The position numbers and the translations under genes were made by a program. The notes below the pieces were generated by a model. That model was given only the letters and a program-made list of their open reading frames with translations, made no database searches and was not told where the DNA came from. Shown piece by piece: positions 9,309 through 19,115 of a stretch of 41,364 nt of DNA; positions within the stretch are counted from its first letter, which is position 1, and each line of letters starts with the position of its first letter. The stretch lies in assembly GCA_963991835.1 (NCBI GenBank), contig CAXDRT010000003.1:1-41364 (forward strand). The letters are read 5' to 3'. Source of the DNA: an uncultured euryarchaeote. Lineage in GTDB: Archaea > Thermoplasmatota > Poseidoniia > Poseidoniales > Poseidoniaceae.

Positions 9309-11516
9309 ATGGGACGAAAAGAAGACAACATCAAAAAGGCTACAGAAGTCATGCACATCCTGCCACAAATACGCAATCTTTGTATTGCTGCGCACATTGA
9401 TCACGGAAAGACAACACTCTCTGACAACCTCATCGCAGGTGCAGGTATGATGTCAAGCGATCTAGCAGGTGCTGCTCGTGTTCTGGATTTCGATGAACAA
9501 GAATCTGCTCGTGGAATTACCATCAACGCAGCATCGGCATCAATGGTGCACGCTGTAGATGGAACAGATTTCCTCATCAACCTCATCGACACACCTGGTC
9601 ACGTTGACTTCGGTGGAGACGTAACACGTGCAATGCGTGCGGTTGACGGATGTTTTATTCTGGCTTGTGCTGTTGAAGGTCCAATGCCTCAGACAGAAAC
9701 TGTTGTTCGACAAGCCCTCAAGGAAAAAGTAAAACCTGTTCTTTTCATTAACAAGGTCGATCGACTCATCAATGAATTGCAAGTGACTCCAGAAGACATG
9801 CTCAAGAGATTTGAAGAGACAATTACTAAGGTCAACCGTTTGATTAAGCAATTCGCTCCTGAAGAATTCAAGAAGACCTGGCAAGTCAGTGTTATGGATG
9901 GAACTGTCGCATTTGGTAGTGCATACCACAACTGGGGAATCACCATTCCATACATGAAGAAATCTGGTGTTTCAATGACTGAGATTTTTGAATACTGCAA
10001 CAATGAAGACCAAAAGACCCTTGCTTCCAAGGCTCCTGTTCACGAAGTCCTACTCGACATGGCTGTTACCAAACTTCCTGGTCCTGTCGAAGCACAACCA
10101 TACCGTATCCCGAACATCTGGACTGGAGATCTCGATTCAACAATTGGAAAGGCAATGGTTAGTTGCGATCCAGAAGCAGAACTTGCAATGATGATTACCA
10201 AGATTTGGATGGACCCTCATGCAGGAGAAGTCGCAGTCGGCCGTATCTACTCTGGTGCAATTTCACAAGGTGAATCCGTTTACGCCATTGGAGCTTCTAA
10301 GGCAGAACGTGTTCAACAAGTCAGTATGATGGTCGGTGGAGACAGAATCACTGTACCAAAGGTTGTCGCTGGAAATATTGCAGCTCTCACAGGTATTCGA
10401 AGTGCTGCTGCTGGTGTAACACTCTCAAGAGACAAGGACTTTACTCCGTTCGAAGCAATTCGCCACTACTCAGACCCTGTTGTTACAGTTGCTGTTGAAC
10501 CAAAGAGCATGAAAGATCTTCCAAAGTTCATTGACGCTCTTCGTTCCCTAGCAAAATCAGATGCTTCCCTTAAGGTTACAACTAACCAAGAAACTGGAGA
10601 AGCATTGCTCGCAGGTATGGGAGAACTTCACCTTGAGATTACTGTCTACAGAATCGAAGAAGAACAGAACATCAAGGTAAGCGTAAGCCCACCAATTGTT
10701 GTTTACAGAGAAGGTCTTCAAGGAAGCAACCGTGGCCGTCCGTTCGAGGGTAAATCACCGAACCGACACAACCGTTTCTTCTTCGAAGTAGAACCACTAA
10801 CTCCTGAAGTTGTCGCAGCTCTACGTTCTGGAGAATTCAAGGAAGGTACTGTTCGTCCAAACGACGGTAAAGAAGTTGGAAACAAATTCGGTGCTCTTGG
10901 AATGGATAAAGATCTGATGCGTAAGATTTACGCTATCAACGGAACCAACGTCCTGGTTAACGACACCAAGGGTATTCAAGGGCTTCACGAAACTCGTGAA
11001 TTGATCATTGAAGCATTCAATGAAGTCTGTGTTAAGGGACCAATTGCTGATGAACCTGTTCAAGGAATGTTTGTTCGTCTAACTGACGCAAAACTCCACG
11101 AAGATGCGATTCACAGAGGCCCAGCACAAACAATCCCTGCTGTCCGTAACGGACTCAAGGGTGCAATGATGCGTGCTAAGACAATTATCCTCGAACCTAT
11201 GCAGAAAGCCTTCGTTTCAGTACCAAACGATTGGCTTGGACAAGTAACTCGTGAAGTTACCAACCGCCGTGGTATCATTGAAGATATGCCAAGTGAAGGA
11301 GAAGTAACAACCGTTGTTGGCGTACTTCCAATTGCAGAGACATTCGGTTTCTCGAACGATATCCGTGCAGCATCTCAAGGACGTGCGGTTTGGAACACAG
11401 AGAATCTTGGATTCGAAATGCTTCCTCCACAATTGTTCGACAAGGTTGTTGCTCAAATTCGTACCCGTAAGGGATTGAAGCCAGAGCCAAACTCAGAATC
11501 TTACTACTCTGATTGA
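9309..11516 (+). CDS. fusA: Translation elongation factor aEF-2
   Basis: AHIDHGKTT, RGITI, DTPGHVDF, NKVD; diphthamide loop LHEDAIHRGPAQ; ATG at 9309 after AGGTGG. Confidence 0.99.
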   Translation: MGRKEDNIKKATEVMHILPQIRNLCIAAHIDHGKTTLSDNLIAGAGMMSSDLAGAARVLDFDEQESARGITINAASASMVHAVDGTDFLINLIDTPGHVDFGGDVTRAMRAVDGCFILACAVEGPMPQTETVVRQALKEKVKPVLFINKVDRLINELQVTPEDMLKRFEETITKVNRLIKQFAPEEFKKTWQVSVMDGTVAFGSAYHNWGITIPYMKKSGVSMTEIFEYCNNEDQKTLASKAPVHEVLLDMAVTKLPGPVEAQPYRIPNIWTGDLDSTIGKAMVSCDPEAELAMMITKIWMDPHAGEVAVGRIYSGAISQGESVYAIGASKAERVQQVSMMVGGDRITVPKVVAGNIAALTGIRSAAAGVTLSRDKDFTPFEAIRHYSDPVVTVAVEPKSMKDLPKFIDALRSLAKSDASLKVTTNQETGEALLAGMGELHLEITVYRIEEEQNIKVSVSPPIVVYREGLQGSNRGRPFEGKSPNRHNRFFFEVEPLTPEVVAALRSGEFKEGTVRPNDGKEVGNKFGALGMDKDLMRKIYAINGTNVLVNDTKGIQGLHETRELIIEAFNEVCVKGPIADEPVQGMFVRLTDAKLHEDAIHRGPAQTIPAVRNGLKGAMMRAKTIILEPMQKAFVSVPNDWLGQVTREVTNRRGIIEDMPSEGEVTTVVGVLPIAETFGFSNDIRAASQGRAVWNTENLGFEMLPPQLFDKVVAQIRTRKGLKPEPNSESYYSD

Positions 11517-11989
11517 GCATGTTGACAGGATCTATCCTCGGCATTTTTGCCACAGAGGAAGGTGGTGTTCCAAAACCATCAGTTGATTCAATAGACGTAC
11601 GTTTCAATGGAGTTCTAGGAGAACGTATACGGGATACTAAGCATCATGGTGGACCAAATCGTGCTGTCTGTATTTTATCGAATCAAACTCTTGAATTTCT
11701 TCAAGACCAGGGGCATCCAATAGATGGCGGTTCAACTGGAGAAAATCTTCTGCTCGATATTGAGGCATCCATACTGAAAAAGGGCACTCGATTAACATTT
11801 GAACAGGTCGAATTGGAGATAACAACACCAGCAGCACCATGCAAAACGATTCGAGATTCGTTTACAAGTGGAGAATTCAAGCAACTCTCTCACAAATTGA
11901 ATCCATACCAAACACGTTGGTATGCACGAGTGATATCAGAAGGGATCATCAAGAGTGATGAAACGTTTGAGATCAACTTAACCGCTTGA
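11513..11989 (+). CDS. MOSC domain protein (YiiM-like)
   Basis: GGVPK, HHGGPNRAV, GENL, PC and WYARVISEG motifs; start is TTG 11513 or ATG 11519. Confidence 0.85.
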   Translation: MSMLTGSILGIFATEEGGVPKPSVDSIDVRFNGVLGERIRDTKHHGGPNRAVCILSNQTLEFLQDQGHPIDGGSTGENLLLDIEASILKKGTRLTFEQVELEITTPAAPCKTIRDSFTSGEFKQLSHKLNPYQTRWYARVISEGIIKSDETFEINLTA

Positions 11990-13727
11990 GTTGAAGATCT
12001 GTCAATTCTCGAAGTGCAAGCATTCCTGGACCATCTGGTAAACGATCGAGACATGCGTGAGCTTTCTTGTGATAGTGGTTCGCTTTATCACGAGCATAAG
12101 CGATTGAACCGAGTTGACTTAACGACTCGACACCCTGTTGAATCATTTCGGATGAGGCCTCTTCACCCATCCCCAGTACGTTAAGTAAGTTATTCTTTAC
12201 CTCACTATCTGGTTGATTTAATGCATGAATAACCATCAGTGTTTGCTTACCTTGTGCCACATCAGATCCAGTAGGTTTGCCCAGTGTCTTAGAATCTGAA
12301 AGTACATCAATTAAGTCATCCATAAGTTGGAAACAAAGCCCAACTGAAAGTCCCCATTCCGACATGCAATCGATAATATCCTGATCTGATCCTGCTACTT
12401 GAGCTCCCAGTTCAGCACAAATTTGGAACATGACTGCTGTTTTGCCTTCGATCATCTCGAGATATTCACCTTCTGAAACTCTGTCTCTGGTCTCGAATTC
12501 GATGTCGAGTTGTTGTCCCTCAGAGACACGACGAACCATCCAAGCAATCCGATTGACCAAGGATGGTATGTCTTCAAGTTCGATGTTCGCAGACATTACA
12601 AGACGTTCAAAAGCAATTGCAAGCATTGCATCCCCTGCATTAATTGCAGTAGGAACATCATACTCAACGTGAACTGCATTTCTACCTCTTCGGATATCAT
12701 CATCATCCATGATATCGTCATGGACCAATGTGAAATTGTGAATTGTTTCAATTGCTGCTCCTATATCCAGCAAACCAGAGTGGGTATCGCCTACAGCCCT
12801 GCCGACAAGCCAAGGAAGCGTAGCACGCATTCTCTTACCCCCACCTTCAATCAAGTGAAGCATTGCTGATGCGAGTCGATCGTGACGTGATGCTTGCAGA
12901 CTTTCGACAATACGACGTTCAATAAATGGGCCAACCTCTTTCAAACTCGTCGCTAAGTCAGCACCAATTGCTCCAGGAAGCATATGAGTTACATCCCCCA
13001 TATCATGAATTAAATCATCACATAGCGATGCACATGCATCTGCATCCCCAATAGCCTTCCACCAATCTTCATTCATCACTTGGGCTGCGATACAACGGAA
13101 CCAGGGTGCCACAATATCATCTGAGTCTTGATCAACAAGCATCTGTTCCAGTTCATGTTCGTCAACCCACCTAATAGAGGCCACTTCATTTGGATTAGGG
13201 CGGACTTCAACATCAGCTTGAATCATCAGAATGTGATCAATTTCTCGTTCAATCCATTCTGCATTCATACGAGCAGTGTATTTCATTTTCGTAATGAAGT
13301 GAAAATCTTCGATTGGAACTGAACTTGGTTCGATTCCTAATTCCTGTTCAAGTTTTCGAACGGCTGCTAATTTTACACCCATGGCATTCTCTTCATCCAT
13401 CTCTCCTGCACTTGCTAGTGGATGAGAGCAACATGAATTCGCCCAAACACTTGGGAAGGTGATTTTGTCGTGAGCACGTTGCTGTAAAAGCAAGCGCTTG
13501 TTCTTATCAAACAAGAGAACGCTAAATGCACGATGGAGTGAACCAGCTCCATAGTGGCTATCTGCTTTGCTTATAGGGCCCACAACGATATCATTTTCAT
13601 CAACTTGTAGGACAGCTTCGGCCATCATCATTGCTTGAGTCTTATCAGCAGCTGAAGATGCAATCAAACCAGCGGCCTGCTCATCAATAGCAGCCACTGG
13701 AACATCTCCTGATGCATACTCCGACAT
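11973..13727 (-). CDS. Bifunctional type-1 isopentenyl-diphosphate isomerase / geranylgeranyl diphosphate synthase
   Basis: N-terminal half: LHRAFS, LLQQRA..KITFP..W.NSCCSHP, E.EID. C-terminal half: GGKRMR, FTLVHDDIMDDDDIRRG, GQQLD, KT, FQLMDDLID. Confidence 0.93.
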   Translation of the reverse strand: MSEYASGDVPVAAIDEQAAGLIASSAADKTQAMMMAEAVLQVDENDIVVGPISKADSHYGAGSLHRAFSVLLFDKNKRLLLQQRAHDKITFPSVWANSCCSHPLASAGEMDEENAMGVKLAAVRKLEQELGIEPSSVPIEDFHFITKMKYTARMNAEWIEREIDHILMIQADVEVRPNPNEVASIRWVDEHELEQMLVDQDSDDIVAPWFRCIAAQVMNEDWWKAIGDADACASLCDDLIHDMGDVTHMLPGAIGADLATSLKEVGPFIERRIVESLQASRHDRLASAMLHLIEGGGKRMRATLPWLVGRAVGDTHSGLLDIGAAIETIHNFTLVHDDIMDDDDIRRGRNAVHVEYDVPTAINAGDAMLAIAFERLVMSANIELEDIPSLVNRIAWMVRRVSEGQQLDIEFETRDRVSEGEYLEMIEGKTAVMFQICAELGAQVAGSDQDIIDCMSEWGLSVGLCFQLMDDLIDVLSDSKTLGKPTGSDVAQGKQTLMVIHALNQPDSEVKNNLLNVLGMGEEASSEMIQQGVESLSQLGSIAYARDKANHYHKKAHACLDRLPDGPGMLALRELTDLQLKRLS

Positions 13728-13795
13728 ATGAGCCCCAACCAGTCTTTAAGCACCCAATACATAGTCAGTTCGCCTCCTAAGGAGGGAATTTTATC

Positions 13796-14038
13796 CTACT
13801 TTCTGCGAATTGACCAATTCTTACGGCCAAGTCCTTCGAGAGCAACACCCGTAAGAATTCCCCATAAGAATGGGTATTCAATTTCAAAAAAGAATAATGC
13901 AATCATAGCAACAAAGGCCAAGATCCAATGATGAACCCAAACCATATTATTACGGATATGAAATTTGATGTTTTCAGTTAACCATCGAATACCTGAAAAT
14001 CCGAGGATAATTCCAACCGAGTATATTGCAAAGTCCAT
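13796..14038 (-). CDS. Small membrane protein (HH-motif)
   Basis: 80 aa, about three hydrophobic segments, 'WVHHW' motif; lies between ipk and idi::ggpps. Confidence 0.6.
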   Translation of the reverse strand: MDFAIYSVGIILGFSGIRWLTENIKFHIRNNMVWVHHWILAFVAMIALFFFEIEYPFLWGILTGVALEGLGRKNWSIRRK

Positions 14039-14047
14039 TGAATCACA

Positions 14048-14863
14048 TCAGGGTAGAATTGTCGTACCTCTCCAAGGTCTATCGCACACGAAATCCAGTA
14101 TCCGATTTGGATACTCTCCATTGATTAAATGGACACTGACTCCGTTTTGAGCTACTAAATGACCTCGTTTCATTTTCAACCCAATGCCGCCAGTAACATC
14201 AATATCTGCTTGATGCAGTCCTTCATAGGATACATCAGGTGACCATTTTTCTATCAAATCTTTTTCTGATGCAAGATGAGGGGGGACTTTGAGTAAACCG
14301 TCAACACCACCCATGGCAAAAACAAGTGATTCAATATCGGGTAACTCAATGGATAATCTGGCAACAATGTCATCACCCGATAGAATACCGAACTTACGCT
14401 CATCATCAATATTGACAACATCTCCAAAGGAAACATGTACAACTCCAACATCATCAGATTCGAATCGATCAAGAGTTCCTAAGAAGTCAGGACCTACATT
14501 CGATGCCCATTCATGAGGTGGGTGAGAAAGAGGATTAAGACCGACTTTCTTTAATTCAGAAAGGACAATAGCATTGAGTTCCAACATGTCCTTTCGAACA
14601 TGTTTAACTGCTTCAAGTTGAGATGAACAAGCATCATCAGAGAAGTCAAATTCGGGGATATATCCCTCATTTAATCTCCAACGCTTTGCCTTTAGATGGC
14701 CAAATGAACCAGCTCCATGCACGATGATTACTTGTATTTCTTGCTCAGTAATCGATTTAACAACTGAACAAAGATTTCTGATAATCTCTGTTTGAGCAAC
14801 ACATTGTTCGTCTTTCTTAGTGATAAGGGCACCACCAAATTTGACAACAATTCGCCTCCCCAT
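14048..14863 (-). CDS. ipk: Isopentenyl phosphate kinase
   Basis: VKFGGALIT.K, VHGAGSFGH (IPK-specific His), GD, ILSGD and DVTGG..K motifs. Confidence 0.9.
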   Translation of the reverse strand: MGRRIVVKFGGALITKKDEQCVAQTEIIRNLCSVVKSITEQEIQVIIVHGAGSFGHLKAKRWRLNEGYIPEFDFSDDACSSQLEAVKHVRKDMLELNAIVLSELKKVGLNPLSHPPHEWASNVGPDFLGTLDRFESDDVGVVHVSFGDVVNIDDERKFGILSGDDIVARLSIELPDIESLVFAMGGVDGLLKVPPHLASEKDLIEKWSPDVSYEGLHQADIDVTGGIGLKMKRGHLVAQNGVSVHLINGEYPNRILDFVCDRPWRGTTILP

Positions 14864-14942
14864 GATTCTCGCAAGTATCAATACCACATGAGGATGCCTA
14901 CAAAAACACAGGATTCAATAGGCTGCTCTGCTTGAGCAGGCC

Positions 14943-15284
14943 ATGGGCGATGAAGAACCTCAACTCGACGCCTTCCTTCGGCATCTACAAGCTGAAGTGG
15001 ATTCTGCTTCGGAAATTGTGGATAAACGAGAACGGGAAGAGCGTTTATTTCAACTTGAAGTCGCTATCCAAGAAGCGATTATATTCGCAAACAGATATCG
15101 AGAATTACAAAGTCAAGGTGTCAATCCAATGATGCTTGTTGATCCCAAAATTCAGGCAGATCATCCAGCCCCACCTGCGACAAAGAGTCAATCAATTCTC
15201 CTTGGAGTTCACGTCTGTGAGAGTTGTGGAAAGTTACTCGAAAGTGACCTCGACTTTTGCCCAGCATGTGGTGCAAAGAAGTAA
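14943..15284 (+). CDS. Coiled-coil protein with C-terminal zinc ribbon
   Basis: CESCG...FCPACG; helical N-terminus. Confidence 0.72.
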   Translation: MGDEEPQLDAFLRHLQAEVDSASEIVDKREREERLFQLEVAIQEAIIFANRYRELQSQGVNPMMLVDPKIQADHPAPPATKSQSILLGVHVCESCGKLLESDLDFCPACGAKK

Positions 15285-15992
15285 TCATTCTTCTTCTTCT
15301 TGTTCCCAACGAGAAACAGTTTCAACAATCATTGGATCGTCTTCACCAACTTTGTACAAGTATTCTGGAGGTACTTCATCCGTCAGATAGACTGTTGTAC
15401 CTGCTCGGTAAATTGTATGTCCATCTGCTATAGCACGAATTGTGTCAACTTCAATGATTGTTGGGCGGTTGATTCTGACGTGTCCTGCTTCCAATGCATT
15501 TGCTATGGTTTTGGACAAATGAATGTGATTTCTGTTACCGGATGTGATACCCAGTTGGACAATCGCTTCTGCTTCGGTTGGTTCACAAGGCCAGTAAAGA
15601 GCCTCTGGAATATCATCAGTTGGCAGATCGAGTTCAATTTCAATTGAATGACCGTATGTTGCTCGGATATTTTCTCCTTCGACTTGGTAACGTCCTTTTT
15701 CATCAGCCTTAGCAATGGCTTCAAAATGCCATCCTCGGAGCCAATGATAGTGTCGTCGTTGTCCAGAAATGGAGTCTGCTAGTTCACGGGTACTTACCCA
15801 TCCGTTGATGTCCATTTCAACATTAAATTTCTCTGGAGCGTGTCTCAAAACGAGAGCGAGCATTCGACCGAGGCTTCCTGCTTCACGATCACTCATGATG
15901 AATTTTCCTTCTTCATTACAAACATGACAGTTTGAACCGGTGAAAAACCCGTTATTTATTTTACAAGACCTGTCTCTACATTGGCGCAGCAT
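15285..15992 (-). CDS. kptA: RNA 2'-phosphotransferase Tpt1/KptA
   Basis: LRH.P, GWV, K.RY, IRATYGHS, R.HIHLS and VYLT..VP motifs; N-terminal Cys-rich ribbon. Confidence 0.92.
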   Translation of the reverse strand: MLRQCRDRSCKINNGFFTGSNCHVCNEEGKFIMSDREAGSLGRMLALVLRHAPEKFNVEMDINGWVSTRELADSISGQRRHYHWLRGWHFEAIAKADEKGRYQVEGENIRATYGHSIEIELDLPTDDIPEALYWPCEPTEAEAIVQLGITSGNRNHIHLSKTIANALEAGHVRINRPTIIEVDTIRAIADGHTIYRAGTTVYLTDEVPPEYLYKVGEDDPMIVETVSRWEQEEEE

Positions 15993-16076
15993 ATTCCGTT
16001 CCTATCGCCTCCCATTGATGAACCCTGCGGGTAATTGAACCGACTCAATCAAATGCTAGTTTGAACTCGCAACGTC

Positions 16077-17246
16077 ATGGTCGATGTAGCAATGGTCGGT
16101 GCTGGTCAAACAAAATTTGGCAACCATCCACTTGGCTTGAAAGGCATGTGGTCGGAAGCAGTTGAGAAGGCTTTTTCCAGTGTAGACAACGATTGTTCTC
16201 CGAGTATGGTCGAAGAAGCCTTTATCGGTTCAATCGCATTTGGTGGTTCACAACTAGGCAATACTGCAGCATTGTTGACAGAGCATTCAGGCATGGATGG
16301 AGTAAGCGTTCGAAGAGTTGAAAATGCCTGTGCATCTTCTGGATTCGCTCTAAGAGACGCATGGATGACAATAAAAAGTGGACAAGCAGATGTTGTTGTG
16401 GCGGGAGGAATTGAAAAAATGAACGATTTATCCGCTGAAAGAAAGAGATACTGGCTAGGTGTTTCGGGTGATACTGAATGGGAACGGTTGGCTGGACTTA
16501 CGTTCCCTGGAACCTATGCGCTTACGGCTCGACGTTACTTTCATGAATTCGATTCAACACATGATGACCTCGTTCACGTTTCTGTCAAGAATCACATGCA
16601 TGGATTTGACAATGAAATGGCACATTTACGCAAGGATGTGTCCTTTGAAAAAGCACGTTCTGGAGCAATGGTAGCTGATCCATTGACACTCTACGATTGT
16701 TGCCCTACTTCAGACGGTGCTTCTGCAGTCATATTGGTTGCTGATCACCTTGCTCATCAATTTACTGACACACCAATATGGGTCAAAGGTTCTGGAGCTG
16801 GTTCTGATAAATTAGCCCTTCATGACCGTCCAAGTCTAACCCAACTTCGTGCAACCCAATTGGCTTCTCAAAAGGCCTATTCTCTTGCAAATCTTCAACC
16901 ACATCAAATCGATTTAGCAGAGGTCCATGATTGCTTTACTATCGCAGAAGTACTCGCAACTGAAGACCTTGGATTTGCTGGACGAGGAGAAGGAGGACTC
17001 TTTGCACGCAATGGACAGGGTCGGCGTAATGAGGGAGATGTTGCCATTAATGCAAGCGGAGGGCTCAAGTCAAAAGGGCACCCTCTTGGTGCAACAGGTA
17101 CTGGACAAGCGGTTGAAGTTTTCAAACAACTTCGTCACGAGGTTGAATCAACACGGCAAGTACGTGATGCTGAAATTGGACTAACACACAATGTTGGAGG
17201 CTCAGGAGCAACATGTGCCGTTCATATCTTTGGGAGGGAGAGATGA
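16077..17246 (+). CDS. Archaeal (SCP2-like) acetyl-CoA thiolase
   Basis: ENACASS, DCCP.SDGA, AEVHDCF, GHPLGATG and HNVGG motifs. Confidence 0.94.
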   Translation: MVDVAMVGAGQTKFGNHPLGLKGMWSEAVEKAFSSVDNDCSPSMVEEAFIGSIAFGGSQLGNTAALLTEHSGMDGVSVRRVENACASSGFALRDAWMTIKSGQADVVVAGGIEKMNDLSAERKRYWLGVSGDTEWERLAGLTFPGTYALTARRYFHEFDSTHDDLVHVSVKNHMHGFDNEMAHLRKDVSFEKARSGAMVADPLTLYDCCPTSDGASAVILVADHLAHQFTDTPIWVKGSGAGSDKLALHDRPSLTQLRATQLASQKAYSLANLQPHQIDLAEVHDCFTIAEVLATEDLGFAGRGEGGLFARNGQGRRNEGDVAINASGGLKSKGHPLGATGTGQAVEVFKQLRHEVESTRQVRDAEIGLTHNVGGSGATCAVHIFGRER

Positions 17247-18046
17247 TGACGATTGTAAAATATTCACTTGAGGAAGGAGTATTCGCAACCAGTGCATATG
17301 GCGACCAATGGGCAGGACCTGATGGTGACCGACTCACCATTGCCTTGTTGCTACTTCAATCAGAGACACCATCGAGCATTCAGATTGAATCGTTTGTTGA
17401 ATCTTTGGAGTATACTCCAAGTGCTCCTGTTTCTTCAATCATTGAATCGACAACTGATTGGAAAGTTCTTCCAGATGGGGAATTCCAATTGATCACGTCG
17501 AGTTCATCACTCATCGTTGGGATTTCAAAGAAAAATAATATTTCGCAATGGCCAGATTTTTCATCTGAAAAATCCTTTGATGAAGAACAAAGAAAGGCAA
17601 TCAATGAGGCATGGAAAAAGGAAGTATCTGGAGTAAGCCAAGGAGCATATGTTTCTCAATCACAACATATGCTATCAATGCCATCAAGATTAGGATTGCA
17701 TGCACAAGAAGATGACTCAATTATTCTTTGGCCACCACGACAACTTAACAACGAAGGTGAACGAATACCACCTGTATCGAGTAAACTCGACAACAATGCT
17801 TTAATTCTCACTTGGACTAAATTAAGCGCCTTAGGAGCGCCCTCTGAATTTTCCTTAAGAGCTCCGTTACTTGGAGGCGTTTCTACAGTTCTTGTGGAAT
17901 TTACCTCTGGGCCAAAAGGAGTATTCATGCTTGCAGATGATGAAGATGGAGAACCATCAATTGACCAAACGGTCTCCTTTGAGGTTCGGCGATTGTATGG
18001 CCAAGACAATTTGATCCATTATGGTCTAAAAGCACTTTTGAATTAA
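17243..18046 (+). CDS. DUF35/OB-fold thiolase partner lacking zinc ligands, with divergent N-terminus
   Basis: ATGA overlap with thiolase; GAYVS, PPR, TWT..S..GAPSEF, VLVEF..G and RRLY.....YG.KA match a DUF35 C-terminal domain. Confidence 0.7.
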   Translation: MMTIVKYSLEEGVFATSAYGDQWAGPDGDRLTIALLLLQSETPSSIQIESFVESLEYTPSAPVSSIIESTTDWKVLPDGEFQLITSSSSLIVGISKKNNISQWPDFSSEKSFDEEQRKAINEAWKKEVSGVSQGAYVSQSQHMLSMPSRLGLHAQEDDSIILWPPRQLNNEGERIPPVSSKLDNNALILTWTKLSALGAPSEFSLRAPLLGGVSTVLVEFTSGPKGVFMLADDEDGEPSIDQTVSFEVRRLYGQDNLIHYGLKALLN

Positions 18047-18063
18047 TTTCAAAATACTCGATA

Positions 18064-18076
18064 GAAGGGTTCATAG
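18064..18076 (+). promoter_or_regulatory. Putative BRE/TATA-like promoter (GAAGGG-TTCATAG), leaderless gene
   Basis: TTCATA starts 29 nt before ATG 18099; the same spacing recurs at many genes. Confidence 0.5.
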
Positions 18077-18098
18077 AAAGATTCGCTAGTGGTGGAAC

Positions 18099-19115
18099 AT
18101 GGCTGGCTTTGGTGGCATACGCAAAGGTCGAAATGAAGCGATTGAGAACATCTCCGTACAAGAAGAAGGAGATTGCCCAACTTGTGGTGGTGAAAGCCAA
18201 CCTTCGACAATGGAAGGTTACCTGACTTGCAGCCGATGTTCTTACGAATGGAAAGATCCTAACTATGTTTCAAAGAATGTTCGAGGGCCACCACCAAATC
18301 ATCGCCGCGATAACGAATTGATTCAAGAATTCAAAAACGAAATGGAGAGAGGTGATCTAAAAGGCGTCCTCGGTGTAGAATCAAACCTCTCTGATGAACA
18401 AGAACAATCACTGAAACGATTGGAAGATAAATGGATGAGTGGAATGCAAGGACATTACAATGCTGCCTCAGAAGATCGAAAACCTCTCATGATCAGTTTT
18501 GATGATGACGACAACATCGTATCAACAGAAGTCGCTGCTCTAACCATTGTGTCGAATGGGTTTGATGGTGGAGAAGAGATTCGACTTGAATATCCTGGAA
18601 AGGGGACTGAATTCTATGCATTTAATGAAAAAAGCCCCACAGGATGGAAGCGAGGAAGTTCAATTGAATCAACAGCTCGCTCAATAACCAATGTCATTAA
18701 CCGATCATCGAGACTTGTTTATGCAAATCTTGATGGCAACAGAATCTCCTTTGAATTACGAAGTGAGGATTTGAAACCAGAATCATTCGTTTTGTTTGTT
18801 GACGATCCAGGTGGCCAAGACATTGTTGCAGAAAAAGGAGGAGTTATCTTAGATTTCAGAGACGTCAATGTTTGGGATGATTATCGAAATGTCGTTGCTC
18901 TTGTTTTAGAAGATGGTATTATTTCTCCAAGTGAAGATCAGATGCTTTGGGTTATGAGGCAGCAATTAGGAATTGAAGAAGAACAACACGTTGCTCTTGT
19001 TTTGGAAATATTCGGTGATAACGCATTGAAAGAATGCACCAATTGCAACAACATGGGGCAACTCTATCCAGAATATTCAGCATGGTACTGCCAGGCTTGT
19101 GAAAGTTGGCTCTAA
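18099..19115 (+). CDS. Hypothetical protein with two terminal zinc ribbons and a TerB-like segment
   Basis: CPTC..CSRC at the N-terminus; CTNC..YCQAC at the C-terminus; 'LEDGIISPSE...RQQLGI'. Confidence 0.75.
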   Translation: MAGFGGIRKGRNEAIENISVQEEGDCPTCGGESQPSTMEGYLTCSRCSYEWKDPNYVSKNVRGPPPNHRRDNELIQEFKNEMERGDLKGVLGVESNLSDEQEQSLKRLEDKWMSGMQGHYNAASEDRKPLMISFDDDDNIVSTEVAALTIVSNGFDGGEEIRLEYPGKGTEFYAFNEKSPTGWKRGSSIESTARSITNVINRSSRLVYANLDGNRISFELRSEDLKPESFVLFVDDPGGQDIVAEKGGVILDFRDVNVWDDYRNVVALVLEDGIISPSEDQMLWVMRQQLGIEEEQHVALVLEIFGDNALKECTNCNNMGQLYPEYSAWYCQACESWL

